Shown here piece by piece: positions 13,333-23,993 of a stretch of DNA of 64,000 nt (within the stretch, counting starts at the first letter, position 1; each line of letters begins with the position of its first letter). The stretch covers positions 128,001 to 192,000 of the forward strand of contig CAWGSK010000034.1 in the NCBI GenBank assembly GCA_963825055.1, written 5' to 3'. The stretch comes from an uncultured Gemmatimonadales bacterium. GTDB lineage: Bacteria > Gemmatimonadota > Gemmatimonadetes > Gemmatimonadales > GWC2-71-9. The notes under the pieces were generated by a model, which was given only the letters and a program-made list of their open reading frames with translations, made no database searches and was not told where the DNA came from. The translations under genes were made by a program, and so were the position numbers.

Positions 13333-14046
13333 TCAGTCGCCAGCGGTCACCAGTATCGACCTCGGCAGGGCGGGCAGGAAGACGTCGATCACCCAGGGGA
13401 CGAGCCGTCCGAAGCCCAGTTCGCGATTGACCACGGCCAGCCGGGTGTTCCACTCGCGATCGTCGGTCGGGATGCGGGTCTGGTCGTCCGTAAAGCAGAG
13501 GTTCACCAGCCACGCGTCCGTGCCGCAGTGCTCGTGCAGGAAATAGACATGGGCGAGGCGGCTGGCATATCCCCAGAGTCGTCCCTCCCACTCCGGGTTG
13601 TCGCCCACACCAAACCACTCACGCGACTCCGCGATGGCGCTGGCGGCGGCCTCCGCGGCCCGGGGGGTCATCTCCGCTGGTGGGCTGTAGATCTCGCCGG
13701 GGTGGCTCCAGCCGCACACGAGGAGGCAGGACGGGGGCCGGTTGCCCCGCTGGAGGATGCCGAGGCCGTCCCAGAGCGATTGTCCGGAGGGCCACCAGCC
13801 CGCCAGGGCTTCCTCCCGGGCGCCGAGTTCGAGGAGCGACATGAAGCCCGGTGTGGGATACTCCCGGAAGTCCTCCCGCTCGAGCGGAGCGAGCCACCGG
13901 ATGGCGGCCCGGGATGGGGAGCAGCCGAGCACGTTCAGTACCTGTCGGGTCAGGTCCGGCGTGCGGCGGTTGACGTAAATCTGTAGCTGCAGCCTGCCGC
14001 CGGCGTAGGCGCGACCATCCTGGTCAGTGCGAAACTCCGGGGGCAC
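13333..14046 (-). CDS. Hypothetical protein, possibly a degenerate PD-(D/E)XK-like fold
   Basis: LQLQIYVN, WWP...WDGLG, LLVCGWSHPGE and YASRLAHVYFL pattern. Confidence 0.55.
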   Translation of the reverse strand: MPPEFRTDQDGRAYAGGRLQLQIYVNRRTPDLTRQVLNVLGCSPSRAAIRWLAPLEREDFREYPTPGFMSLLELGAREEALAGWWPSGQSLWDGLGILQRGNRPPSCLLVCGWSHPGEIYSPPAEMTPRAAEAAASAIAESREWFGVGDNPEWEGRLWGYASRLAHVYFLHEHCGTDAWLVNLCFTDDQTRIPTDDREWNTRLAVVNRELGFGRLVPWVIDVFLPALPRSILVTAGD

Positions 14047-14158
14047 GGGCGCCTCCTTGGCGAGGTCCGGATTGCAGGGATCCCGGACAAACTCGCGCAG
14101 GAAACTCCCGGGGACCAGCTATCAAGCTTGATAGTGTCCTGCCGGTGCGGGGAAACGG

Positions 14159-14572
14159 TCAGCCGTTCGTCTCGATGCAGCGCTCGACTTCGGCGACCAG
14201 TCGCTCCGGTGGGAACGGCTTGGCAATGATGCCGCAGGGAGCCGCGAGACCCCGTTTTTCCAGGTCGGCTGCTCCGTAGCCGCTCATGAGGAGGACGGGG
14301 ACGTTATCACCGTCACGGGCGAGATGCTCGAGCAGTTCTATCCCGTTGAGCCGCGGCATCACGATGTCCGACACGACCACACGGAGGTCGACCCTCCGGC
14401 TCCTGAGGATCTCGAGTGCGACGGCGCCGTCTTCCGCTTCATGGACTGCGTAACCGGCCTCGCGCAGGACCCGGGCGGCAAATGCCCGTACGACGTCGTC
14501 GTCATCCACGACCAGGACCGGGAGCGGGGAAACCGAGGCGGAATCGGACGGTACGAAGCGTGGCGCGATCAT
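14159..14572 (-). CDS. Single-domain response regulator (CheY-like receiver)
   Basis: VLVVDDD, SDIVMPRLNG, MSGY, AKPF. Confidence 0.92.
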   Translation of the reverse strand: MIAPRFVPSDSASVSPLPVLVVDDDDVVRAFAARVLREAGYAVHEAEDGAVALEILRSRRVDLRVVVSDIVMPRLNGIELLEHLARDGDNVPVLLMSGYGAADLEKRGLAAPCGIIAKPFPPERLVAEVERCIETNG

Positions 14573-14700
14573 GTCATGATCCGGAGGTGCGGAGTGGGTG
14601 TCGGCGCGCTGACTGCTGCCCCTCAGGGGGACCCGGGCGCCGGGGCGATCGATTGATGGACTCTGAAATCTAGCCTGCCGGAGGGCAGGTCACAGGCGGG

Positions 14701-16008
14701 TCAGGCGGGCTGGAGCAGCTCCTCGATCATCACCGCGCTCCTGGCCGCCGCGCCCAGACCGTGCTCGACCACGCCGCGCGCCTTCCGACCCTGTGCCTTG
14801 CGGCGGACCTCGTTGGACATCCATTCGTCCCACATTTTCTGGAGGCTCTCGGCGGCCTCCGTGGCCCCGAATTCAGCCAGAGCTTCCGCGGCTCCCGCTT
14901 CCATCAGCAGGTGGGCATCCCGGCTCTCGGACCATCGGGGGCCAAACACCACGGGAATGCCACAGGCGGCCGGTTCCAGGACCGAGTGCAGCCCGCGGCC
15001 GTGAAAGCCGCCGCCAACGTATGCCAGGGTCGCCACCGGATAGAGCGCGGCAAGCACTCCGACCCGGTCCACCACCACCAGCGAGCCGGGGTCGACCTCG
15101 GGCCATTCGCTGAGCAGGACGGGGCGTGGCAGGCCGTGACGCGCCGCCACCTCTGCAATCCGCGCGAGGTGGGCCGGTGTCGGTTCGTGGGGGACTAGCA
15201 GCAACCGGGCTTCGGGTCGGTGCACTTCGAGCCTGGCGAAGGCCTCAAGCAGGACGTCTTCGTCGCCCGGCCAGGTGGAGCCGGCGACGATCACGGTAGC
15301 CCCGTCGCCCAGCGCGCGGTAGGGGTTGTCTTCCTCGAGAGCCCGGATCTGGTCATTGACGCTGTCATGGCGGGGGTCGCCGGTCATGACGATCACCTCC
15401 GGGCGCACTCCCAGGCGCTCGAGCCGTCGGCCGTCCTCCGGCGAGATGGCCCCGGCCCGGGCGAGAGCTTCGTAGCCCGGGCGCGTCAGCGACCGGGCCG
15501 GCCAGTACAGCCGGCTGCTGCGGGGACGCACTGTACCTGCCACCAGCACGACGGGGATGCCCTTCATGGCCGCCTGGGTGGCCAGCTCCGGCCAGAGATC
15601 CAGCTTGGCGAAGACCAGTGCGGAGGGATGCAATGCCTCGAGCACGGCCTCCATCCGGACGGGGGTATCCCAGGGGAGGTAATCTGATACGTCCACGTCC
15701 AGTGTATGCGCAAACCCCGCGGCCGAGGCGCTGAAATGTGTGTAGGCAAACTGCCAGTCGGGGTGCCGCTGCTGGAGGCGGTGCAACACGGCCGAGGCCT
15801 GGAGACCCTCTCCTACGCTCGAGGCATGAAACCACGCCAGCGGCCGCGCAGGGTCACGAAAGCGCGCTCCCCACGACCGCAGCCGTGCCACTGCTCCGCG
15901 CCGGCCCTGCACACCGGCTTTGACCTTCGGCGAGAGGAGGCCGGCGATCGGCGCGAGACAACTGCCCGCGTGCGCCATGAGCCGATAAGGAAGGCTTGTC
16001 CGTGGCAT
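14701..16008 (-). CDS. waaA: 3-deoxy-D-manno-octulosonic acid (Kdo) transferase
   Basis: WFHASSVGEG, YLPWD, TGDPR, VAGSTW, YVGGGF..HSVLEPA. Start trimmed to ATG 16008. Confidence 0.88.
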   Translation of the reverse strand: MPRTSLPYRLMAHAGSCLAPIAGLLSPKVKAGVQGRRGAVARLRSWGARFRDPARPLAWFHASSVGEGLQASAVLHRLQQRHPDWQFAYTHFSASAAGFAHTLDVDVSDYLPWDTPVRMEAVLEALHPSALVFAKLDLWPELATQAAMKGIPVVLVAGTVRPRSSRLYWPARSLTRPGYEALARAGAISPEDGRRLERLGVRPEVIVMTGDPRHDSVNDQIRALEEDNPYRALGDGATVIVAGSTWPGDEDVLLEAFARLEVHRPEARLLLVPHEPTPAHLARIAEVAARHGLPRPVLLSEWPEVDPGSLVVVDRVGVLAALYPVATLAYVGGGFHGRGLHSVLEPAACGIPVVFGPRWSESRDAHLLMEAGAAEALAEFGATEAAESLQKMWDEWMSNEVRRKAQGRKARGVVEHGLGAAARSAVMIEELLQPA

Positions 16009-16120
16009 GAGGCAAATGTCTCGCGGGCCCGGGCAGAGGGCAAGCCTGTGACAGGCTCTGGCGCCCTCCCGGCCCGCCATTATTCTTCGCCGCCTGACCC
16101 CCCCACCGGGACATCCTCCC

Positions 16121-17678
16121 ATGATGGACACGATCGCGCCGGGGCACGCAGATATGCCCCGGCCGGCACTGGCCGTGCGACTGGTCCTGCTGATTGGCGG
16201 CGCCAGCCTTGGCCTGCATCTGGCCACCGCGCTCGTCACCTCATTCGGAGTTCACCGGGACACGTTCCTGTACTTTGCGATGGGCGACCACGTCCGCCTC
16301 TGGCGGATGGACTTTCCCCCGCTGATTGCAATCCTGGCCAGGATCACCGCGGCCCTCGGGGGCCGGTCGGTCGTCGGCGCCAGTGTGATGCCGGCGCTCG
16401 CCTCGACGGCTCTTATCGTCCTCGCAGCCGTCATCGCGCGGAACCTCGGCGGCAGTCGCCATGCCCAGGCGCTGGCCATGCTCGGCGTGCTGTGCAATCC
16501 TCTGTTCCTGCGGGCCGGCGCGCTCTTCCAGCCTGTCGTTCTCGACCAGCTGTGGTGGACGCTGGCGCTGCTGGGCGTCGTGCTGCTGTGCCGGGACAAC
16601 CATCCGCGATGGTGGCTGCTCATCGGGGTCGCATGCGGTCTTGGTCTGCTGACCAAGTTCAGCATCCTCATTCTGGGCGCCGCCCTGCTTGCCGGCTCGC
16701 TCCTCGCCGTCAGGGGACGGAACCTCCTCACACCCTGGCCCTGGCTCGCCGCGTTGATCGCGGCGGGTGCTCGGCGCGCCGTCGGTCGTCGGTCAGGTGC
16801 GCCTCGGCTGGCCCCTTATGGGTCAGATGCAGGACCTGCGTGAGGCGCAGCTGGCGCATGTCGGCGTGCTGTCCTTCCTCGGCGAGCAGCTGCTCTACGG
16901 CCCGGCGACGCTCCTGGCCCTGGCGGGACTCGTGGCCCTCCTGTCGGCCAGCCGTTTTCGCCGGTTCCGGATGCTCGGGTGGACCTGCCTGGTCGCGCTG
17001 GTCCTCGTGATGTTCGCCCACGGCAAGCCGTACTACATCGGCCCGATCCATCCGGCCCTGATCGCGGCAGGGGCGGTCATCCTGGAAGCGCTGCCGCACT
17101 GGTGGGGCACGGTCGCGCGGGTGGGGGCGCCCGTGCTGCTGGCTGCGTATTTCGCCATCGCGCTTCCGATCAGCCTTCCGATCCTGCCGCCGGAGGCCAC
17201 GGCGCGCTATGCCACGCGAATGGGCGGGAGTGCTGCGGTGACCACGAATCGTGGAACGGTGGGCACGCTCCCCCAGGATTTTGCCGACATGCTCTACTGG
17301 GAAGACAAGGTCGCGGCGTTAAGCAGGGCGTATCACCGGTTACCCGAGGCGACCCGGGACAGCGTTGTCATCTTCGGGGGGAACTACGGGCAGGCCGGTG
17401 CCATCGACTTCTACCGGAGGAGATACGGCCTCCCGCCCGCGGTCAGCGCGGCAGGCAGCTACTGGTTCTTCGGGCCGGGTGGGAAGCCGGGGCAGGTCCT
17501 CCTCGCCCTGGGCGTCGATCCCGAACGGCTGCGGCAGGGGTACGGCGTCGTGACCGTCGTCGAGGTACTCCACTACCCCATGGCGGTGGAGGAGGAGCAG
17601 GAGGTCTTCATTACCCTGGCCCGGCGGCCTCAGCAGACCCTGCAACAGGTCTGGCCTCGGCTCGCGGGAATTCACTGA
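16121..17678 (+). pseudogene. GT39/PMT-like membrane glycosyltransferase split by a frameshift near 16766 (possible sequencing error)
   Basis: HRDTFLYF, FPPL and GLGLLTKFS in the first frame; GKPYY, LPQDFADM and NYGQAGA in the second. Removing one G in GCGGGTG joins the frames. Confidence 0.75.
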
Positions 17679-17687
17679 TCGTGACGG

Positions 17688-17885
17688 CTATTCCTCCGGC
17701 ACCAGTACCCACATGATGATGTATACCAGGAGCCCAGGGAACGCCGCGGACAGGATGGAGACCACCACGTACAGCACCCGCGCCATGGTCGGATCGATGC
17801 CGAAGTAGTGCGCCAGGCCCCCGACGACGCCCGCCACCACACGGTCGTCGCGGGAGCGCCGCAGTGGCCGGGAAAGCTCTGTCAT
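17688..17885 (-). CDS. pspC: PspC-domain protein
   Basis: LRRSRDDRVVAGVVGGLAHYFGIDPT...YIIMWVLVP. Confidence 0.9.
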   Translation of the reverse strand: MTELSRPLRRSRDDRVVAGVVGGLAHYFGIDPTMARVLYVVVSILSAAFPGLLVYIIMWVLVPEE

Positions 17886-17919
17886 GGTCGTCCCTCCAGC
17901 AGGGGAAGTGTAGACCGGG

Positions 17920-19473
17920 CTACCAGTCGGTCGGCCGGTAGTCCTTCAGGAACTGGCCCCACACATGCGTACCGGTGTTCAGGCCGCTGATGATCGGGTC
18001 CGTGATCCGCGCCGCGCCGTCGACGATGTCCAGGGGCGGGTGGAACCGCTGTTCCACGACCTTCCGCTCGGCGTGCTCTGCCGGGTCCTCGTCGGTCACC
18101 CAGCCGGTGTCCACGCTATTCATGTGGATGCCGTCCGAATGGTAATCCTTTGCCGACGTTCGGGTCATCATGTTCAGCGCAGCTTTCGCCATGTTCGTGT
18201 GCGGGTGCCGGGTGGTCTTGAAGCTCCGGTAGAACTGGCCTTCCATCGCGGAGACGTTCACGATGTGCGCGTCCCGGCTGCCCGGCGCCATCATCAGTGG
18301 CTTGAGACGCGCGTTCAGCACGAACGGCGCGACCGCGTTGATGAGCTGGACCTCGAGGAGTTCCACCGTCGGCACTTCGGCGAGAAGGAGGCGCCAGGAG
18401 TTCCGGTCCCGGAGGTCCACCTGCTGCAGGTCCTGGTCGAGCCTCCCCTCGGGGAACAGCTCGTACCGCGCCTCCCGCTCCTCCGGCAGGAGCGCCACCT
18501 GCGACAGCAGGGCGGCGTGCGTGAGCCCCACCATCACTGCGCCGCGCTCGGGCTTTGACGGCATCCCCGGGTCCTGAAGCAGTCGTTCGCCCCGCACGCC
18601 CTCGTAGCGGCCCACCAGGCGCCGCACTTCCGCCGGCGTCGCGGACAGCGCAGCCGATTCGGCTTCCATCATGTGGCGATAGAAATCCGGTGGCCGGCGG
18701 ACCGTCTGGCAGGCGTTATTGATGATGAGGTCCAGCCGGGAACGGGTGGACAGCATCTCGGCGCAGAAAGCCTCCACGCTGGGCGTGTGGCGGAGGTCGA
18801 GCCCGAAGATCTCCAGGCGGTCTTCCCACTCGTGGAAGTCCGGCTCGGCAGCGTAGCGGATCGCCGCGTCCCGGGGGAACCGGGTGGTCACGATCAGCGC
18901 GGCGCCTGAGCGCAGGAGCTTGAGGCCAGCCTGATAACCGATCTTGACCCGGCCCCCGGTCAGGAGGGCCATACGCCCGCTCAGGTCGGCCAGCTCGGTC
19001 CGCTTGTCCCAGTTCAATGCCGCGCATGCCGGACAGAGCTGGTCGTAGAAGTGGTGCAGCGTCTCGTACGGCTGCTTGCACACGTAGCAGTGGCGTTCCA
19101 CCGGCGGAGGGGCGTCTTCCGGAGTGTGGGCGTCGTGCGGCTCGAAGTCACGGGGAGGAAAGACGTTCGGCGTGGTGAAAACGGTCTGGCGCCTGGTGGT
19201 CCGGATCCCGGTCCGGGCCAGCGTGCGTTCCTCTTTCCGCGTCTTCTCCGCTTTGCGCTGGCGCTTCGTGGCTTTCACGAGGGCCCGCCGGGCCCTCACG
19301 TCGGGAGTGTACACCTCTGCGCATGCCTTCAGCAGCCGGCCGCGATCCTCTTCCGGAATCCCGGCCAGAAGGGTGCGGTCTTCCACGATTGCCTCGAGCA
19401 GGGCAATGGCCGCCTGGACGCGGGCCGGGTCTGTTATCCCGCCGGGAGCGGTGGCGGTGCGAATGTAAGTCAT
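17920..19473 (-). CDS. SDR-family oxidoreductase with an N-terminal CxxC..CxxC region
   Basis: [33 protein letters not shown]...CPAC. Confidence 0.85.
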   Translation of the reverse strand: MTYIRTATAPGGITDPARVQAAIALLEAIVEDRTLLAGIPEEDRGRLLKACAEVYTPDVRARRALVKATKRQRKAEKTRKEERTLARTGIRTTRRQTVFTTPNVFPPRDFEPHDAHTPEDAPPPVERHCYVCKQPYETLHHFYDQLCPACAALNWDKRTELADLSGRMALLTGGRVKIGYQAGLKLLRSGAALIVTTRFPRDAAIRYAAEPDFHEWEDRLEIFGLDLRHTPSVEAFCAEMLSTRSRLDLIINNACQTVRRPPDFYRHMMEAESAALSATPAEVRRLVGRYEGVRGERLLQDPGMPSKPERGAVMVGLTHAALLSQVALLPEEREARYELFPEGRLDQDLQQVDLRDRNSWRLLLAEVPTVELLEVQLINAVAPFVLNARLKPLMMAPGSRDAHIVNVSAMEGQFYRSFKTTRHPHTNMAKAALNMMTRTSAKDYHSDGIHMNSVDTGWVTDEDPAEHAERKVVEQRFHPPLDIVDGAARITDPIISGLNTGTHVWGQFLKDYRPTDW

Positions 19474-19550
19474 GGGAGAGAGACTAACGGAGCAGGGCGG
19501 GGAACACCACGACCGGCGGGGCGGGCCGGCCGGCCATGGTATGTTGCAGC

Positions 19551-20919
19551 ATGCCCTTACCGCTGCCCCCCATCGCGACCCTGTGCGTCGCACTCCTCGG
19601 GGTCACCGCTCCCCTCGTCGCCCAGCACGGCGACACCGTGCGGCTCGTGCCGGCAGCCTTCCGCCTGCGTTCGGGCGACGTCCCCGTGGACGAGGGTACG
19701 CTCTACGTTCCGGCCAACCGGTCTCGAGCCTCGTCCGGCACGCTGTCTCTCCGGTTCGTGAGGTTTCGATCGACAGGCGCGGCTCCGGCTCCGGCCATCG
19801 TCTTCCTCGCGGGCGGGCCGGGAGACGCCGGCATCCGGGCCTTTCACGGCATACCTGCCGAGTTTCTCGATACGCTGCGCACGCATGGCGACGTGATCGC
19901 CCTGGACCAGCGGGGCACGGGACTCTCCGAACCGCTGGGCCTCCACTGTACCGTGAATGCCTGGTTACCCCTGGACCTTCCCGGTAGTGACTCCCTCTAT
20001 GCACCCATCTTCAGGGAGCGGGTGGCGGGATGCCTGGAGGACGTTCGCGCGCGGGGAGTGGATGTGGCGGGCCTCACCACCCGGGAGAGCGCCGACGACC
20101 TGGCCCTGCTGGACCAGGTACTGGGGTCTCCCGGCCTGGTTCTGTTCGGGGGGAGCTACGGGACCCACCTTGCAATCACCACGGCACGCCGGCATCCCGA
20201 GATTGTCCGGGGTCTCATCCTGGCTGGCGTCGAGGGCCCCGACCAGACGTTCAAGTTGCCCCTGTCCGCCGACAGGGCCCTGGCCCGCTACGATTCAGCC
20301 CACGCCGAAGCCGGGCTGCGGGCCGGGGCCCGGGCGGTGCTCGACACGCTTGCCCTCCGACCGGTGCCGGTGGCGGTGAACGGGGACACCGTGACCGTCG
20401 GTCCGTGGGACCTCCGCCGGATGGTGGCGGATGCCGTGGGCAGCGCCAGGGCGCTCGATACCCTCGCGGAAAGCCTCGCACGCATGCTGCGGGGCGAGTA
20501 TACCGATCTGGCGCGACACGCGTTCCGGTTCCGCCGCAATCCGCGGACCGACCTGCTCAACATTGCCATGGACTGTGCCTCGGGGGCGTCGCCGGGACGG
20601 CTGGAGGCCATCCGGGAGCAGGCCGAAGTCCATCGTCGGGAGTACGATCGACTTTCCGAAGCCCCCCGTCTGCACCGTCGCCGGACTTCCCCGCCTCGAC
20701 AGTACCTTCCGCCAGCCGCTGAAATCAGAGGTCCCCGCCCTGCTGATCAGCGGGAGGCTCGACGGGCGGACGCCGCCGGAGAACGCGATGGAACTGGCGG
20801 CGGGATTGCCGCACGCCCGACTGCTGGTAATTAACGACGCCGCTCATGCTCTCCTCGGCCGGCCCGCCGTCATGAGTGCCGTCGTCGCCTTCCTGCGTGA
20901 GACCCGCCGCCCACCCTGA
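19551..20919 (+). pseudogene. Secreted alpha/beta hydrolase (TAP-like C-terminus) split by a frameshift near 20625 (possible sequencing error)
   Basis: GGPG, DQRGTG and GGSYG in the first frame; catalytic D (GRLDGRTP) and H (AAHAL) are in the 20431..20919 frame. Confidence 0.75.
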
Positions 20920-20933
20920 GTGGTTCAGGACGC

Positions 20934-21374
20934 TCAGGTCGGCCTGAGCACCATGGACGCGACCGCCGACAGAAGCAGCAGGAGGTTGAGCAAGCCGAGC
21001 AGGCCCAGGCGGCGCTGATTCGCCGCAATGGTGCCGTCGTCCGCCTGCCGTGTGACGGCGTCGCCAAGGGCCGCCGACTCCCGGCGGAGGAAGGTCGCGC
21101 CGAAGCCCATTGAGAGGACGAACACCGACAGCCCCCATATCACCCAGAGCGGCATGCCGAGATGTCCCACCAGAATGGCCGCGACGCCGGCAAGAAGCGC
21201 CACGCCGGCGGATGGACCGACGATGCGTGAACCGATAAAATCGCTCTGGCGGACGAGGGCCGGGATCGGCGACCGATCCGTCGAACCCGCGAGGCGGAGG
21301 TTGAGGATGGCGAGGACCCCGACGGAACCCACCCAGAGAGTGATCGCGGTAACGTGCAGGAACTTGAGCGCCAT
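20934..21374 (-). CDS. DUF2269-like four-TM membrane protein
   Basis: LKFLHV...WVG N-terminus; C-terminal MVLRP. The true start may be a few codons upstream across an indel. Confidence 0.7.
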   Translation of the reverse strand: MALKFLHVTAITLWVGSVGVLAILNLRLAGSTDRSPIPALVRQSDFIGSRIVGPSAGVALLAGVAAILVGHLGMPLWVIWGLSVFVLSMGFGATFLRRESAALGDAVTRQADDGTIAANQRRLGLLGLLNLLLLLSAVASMVLRPT

Positions 21375-21421
21375 AGAGTGACGGCATCGTCATTCCCCAT
21401 TGAATCTGTGCAGATACTGGT

Positions 21422-21488
21422 ATGACTTAAAATATAATTGTACTTAAATAATACTAGTCATTGAAATACTTTCAGGTGAGGGTAGCTT
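21422..21488 (+). promoter_or_regulatory. AT-rich divergent promoter region with a candidate MarR operator
   Basis: TTGAAA(21461)-16 nt-TAGCTT(21483), 6 nt before the ATG; palindrome TGAAAtacTTTCA (21462-21474); ATGACT...AGTCAT inverted ends. Confidence 0.55.
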
Positions 21489-21494
21489 CAGGGT

Positions 21495-21929
21495 ATGGAC
21501 GACGACCCGTACATCGAGAGCACTCCCGCCGAAGCCTGGCGCCGGATGTTCGACTACCTCATGGCGACCAGCCCCCTGCGGGAAGCCGCCCTCAAGCGGC
21601 AGGGCCTCACACCCAATGATGCCCGCGCCCTGCATTCGCTCGAGGAAGATGCGGGCAGGCCGATGGGGGTCCTCGCGGCGGAGTGGGGGACAGACGCCTC
21701 CAACGCGACCTGGGTGGTGGATCGGCTGGAGGGCAGGGGGCTGGCGGAGCGACGGGCCGATCCGTCCGACCGCCGCGTCAAGCTGGTCGTCCTCACCCCG
21801 GAAGGAGCCAGAGCCCGCAAGGACCTCCTGGAGGAATTTCACCGGGTTCCCGAGGAGATCGCCGCTCTGAACCAGCGAGACCTGAAGGACCTGCTGCGCA
21901 TTCTTCGCCGAATTTCCCCCACGGCTTGA
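21495..21929 (+). CDS. MarR-family transcriptional regulator
   Basis: VVDRLEGRGLAERRADPSDRRVKLVVLTPEG. Confidence 0.93.
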   Translation: MDDDPYIESTPAEAWRRMFDYLMATSPLREAALKRQGLTPNDARALHSLEEDAGRPMGVLAAEWGTDASNATWVVDRLEGRGLAERRADPSDRRVKLVVLTPEGARARKDLLEEFHRVPEEIAALNQRDLKDLLRILRRISPTA

Positions 21930-21981
21930 CAGAAACCGCTGGAGTGCTAGTATTTTAGCATATTGCTAGAATTTCAGCACT
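21926..21981 (+). promoter_or_regulatory. Promoter with tandem palindromic operator boxes
   Basis: TTGACA(21926); boxes TGCTAGTATTTTAGCA (21945-21960) and TGCTAGAATTTCAGCA (21964-21979). Confidence 0.65.
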
Positions 21982-21996
21982 AACGCGGAGCGCATC

Positions 21997-23575
21997 ATGT
22001 TCATCCCGGCACTTTCTACCCTTCTCCTGGCGGTGGCGGCAGGGGCGACGTTCTTCGGCGACCCGGCCATGACCCCCGACTTCCACCCGGCATGGTCCGC
22101 CGAGCCTGCCGAGGCGACTGCAGGCCCGATGGAAGATGAGGCCGAGCTCGCCCGTCAGGTGCTGACTGCCGCCCGGGGCACCTCCCCCCTCCTCTGCGCA
22201 ATGGCGGCGCGGATTACGGAATCCCGCTGGGGCTGGGGTGGGTGGACCGCACCTGGAGGCGCCGATTCCATCCCGGCCCTGCAATGGGTCTTCGAGGACG
22301 GCCCCGGTCGCGATGCCGTCCCGGTGCTGGTGAACGGCCTGTCGGACGGGGACCCCTGTGCCCGCCAGATGGCGGCCAGGTTGCTGTCCCGCTCGAGGAC
22401 CGTCGAGGCGGAGGCCGGGTTGCTCAAGGCCCTGGACGCGGCTGTCGCGTCCACGCGGGCCGCCGCTGCCGTGGGGCTCGGGCTCGCGGAGGTTCCTCGC
22501 GCGGTCTCCCCGCTTATCAGCCGGCTCAAGGACGGAGACCCCGGCGTTCGCGCCTCCGCGGCCTGGGCCCTGGGCTCGCTCGACTCACTCCGCGCTGCTG
22601 GCGCGCTTCAGAGCACGTTGCGCGATGATACCCCTGCCGTGCGCGCCGCGGCGTCACGGGCGCTCGGCCGTCTGGAGGATACGACGGCGGTGAAAGCGCT
22701 CGGCGCCCTGCTGCGCTCGGATCCTGACGAGGCGGTACGGGTTGCGGCCGCCGAGGCGCTGGGGAGGATTGAATCGGCGGCGGCGGTGGATGCGCTCCGG
22801 GCTGGCCTGGATGACCGGAGCCCGCGTGTGCGCCGCGCCTCGGCCTGGGCCCTGGGAAACCTGGAGGTCGCCGCCGCGGTCCCGGGGCTGACGAAGGCGA
22901 CCAGGGATGCGGATGAGGGCGTGCGTGAAATGGCGGCGTGGGGGCTGGGGCAGATCGAGGACCGGTCTGCGGTACCGCCACTGGTTGCGGTGCTCGAGGG
23001 CGACGCCTCGGCCGATGTGCGACAGCGCGCGGCCTGGGCCCTGGGCCAGATCGAGGATCAGGGCGCGACCTCGGCGCTCGGCCGCGCGCTGCAGCGGGAT
23101 GATGACGTGGAAACCAGGAAGACCTCGGCCTGGGCCCTGGGGCAGATCGAGGACCGGGCATCGGTAGGCCCGCTCAAGGCCGGGCTCAGGGACGACGACG
23201 CCGGGGTGCGGTCCACGGCCGCCTGGGCGCTGGGCCAGATCGAGAGCCGCGGTGCGACCGAGGCGCTGGGGGCTGCGCTCTCGGATGCCGTGCCCGAGGT
23301 CCGGCAATCTGCCGCCTGGGCGCTGGGGCAGATCGAGGATCCCGCTGCCATGCCCGGCTGCGGGCCGCGATGAAGGACAGGGACGCCAGGGTCAGGAAGG
23401 ATGTCGTGTGGGCGCTCTCGCAGATGAGGACGAGGTCGCGCGTGAACTGCTGGTGGAGGAGTTGAACGACTCGGATCCCGAGGTCCGGCGCGCGGCCGCC
23501 CGCGCCATCGGCGGGCAGTCGGGGGGACCGCGTCCCCGCCCGCGCCCGAAGCCGATGCCGCGACCGTTTCCGTAG
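21997..23575 (+). pseudogene. Secreted HEAT/PBS-lyase repeat protein with two apparent single-base deletions near 23357 and 23427
   Basis: About 10 repeats of VRxxAAWALGQIED. The repeat continues as LRAAMKDRDARVRKDVVWALSQM in a second frame, then DSDPEVRRAAARAIG in a third. Confidence 0.8.
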
Positions 23576-23634
23576 GAAGGGCGAAGGTCGAAGGGCGAAG
23601 GTCGAAGGTCGAAGGGCGAAGGTCGAAGGTCGAA
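23576..23634. repeat. (GAAGGKC)8 heptamer tandem array
   Basis: Eight units of GAAGGGC/GAAGGTC starting immediately after the HEAT-gene stop. Confidence 0.92.
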
Positions 23635-23651
23635 TTTTGTCGACCGCCACC

Positions 23652-23993
23652 CTACTCCGGCGACTGCTGGTGGAAGATGAGCTTCCACCGGCCTTCGCGC
23701 CTTGCATAGAGACTGCTGACCAGGGCGGTGTAGCGTTCCCCCTCGCGCTCCGCGGTTCCCCGGTAGGCGAGGATTGCGACGTCGCAAGCCGGATGCGCCA
23801 GCTGGAGATCGTCGATGGTGACTTGTTCCCATCTGCTCCCGCCGGCGATGCCCTCGATGATCTGCTCGCGGTTCAGAATGCCCATCCCCGGAAACACCAT
23901 CAGACAGTCCTCGGCGAGATGCGACCGATAGAAAGCTGCGTCCTCGGTCCAGAACTGTGCCTCCAGGCGTTGCAGCAGATCAGCGTCGGCCAT
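23652..23993 (-). CDS. DUF4440/NTF2-like protein
   Basis: LEAQFW...SSLYARREGRWKLIFHQQS. Confidence 0.8.
   Translation of the reverse strand: MADADLLQRLEAQFWTEDAAFYRSHLAEDCLMVFPGMGILNREQIIEGIAGGSRWEQVTIDDLQLAHPACDVAILAYRGTAEREGERYTALVSSLYARREGRWKLIFHQQSPE

Noticed and set aside
21400..21480. AT-rich patch as foreign DNA or a replication origin
   Set aside because: About 80 bp between divergent genes, explained by promoters and an operator; no DnaA boxes seen.
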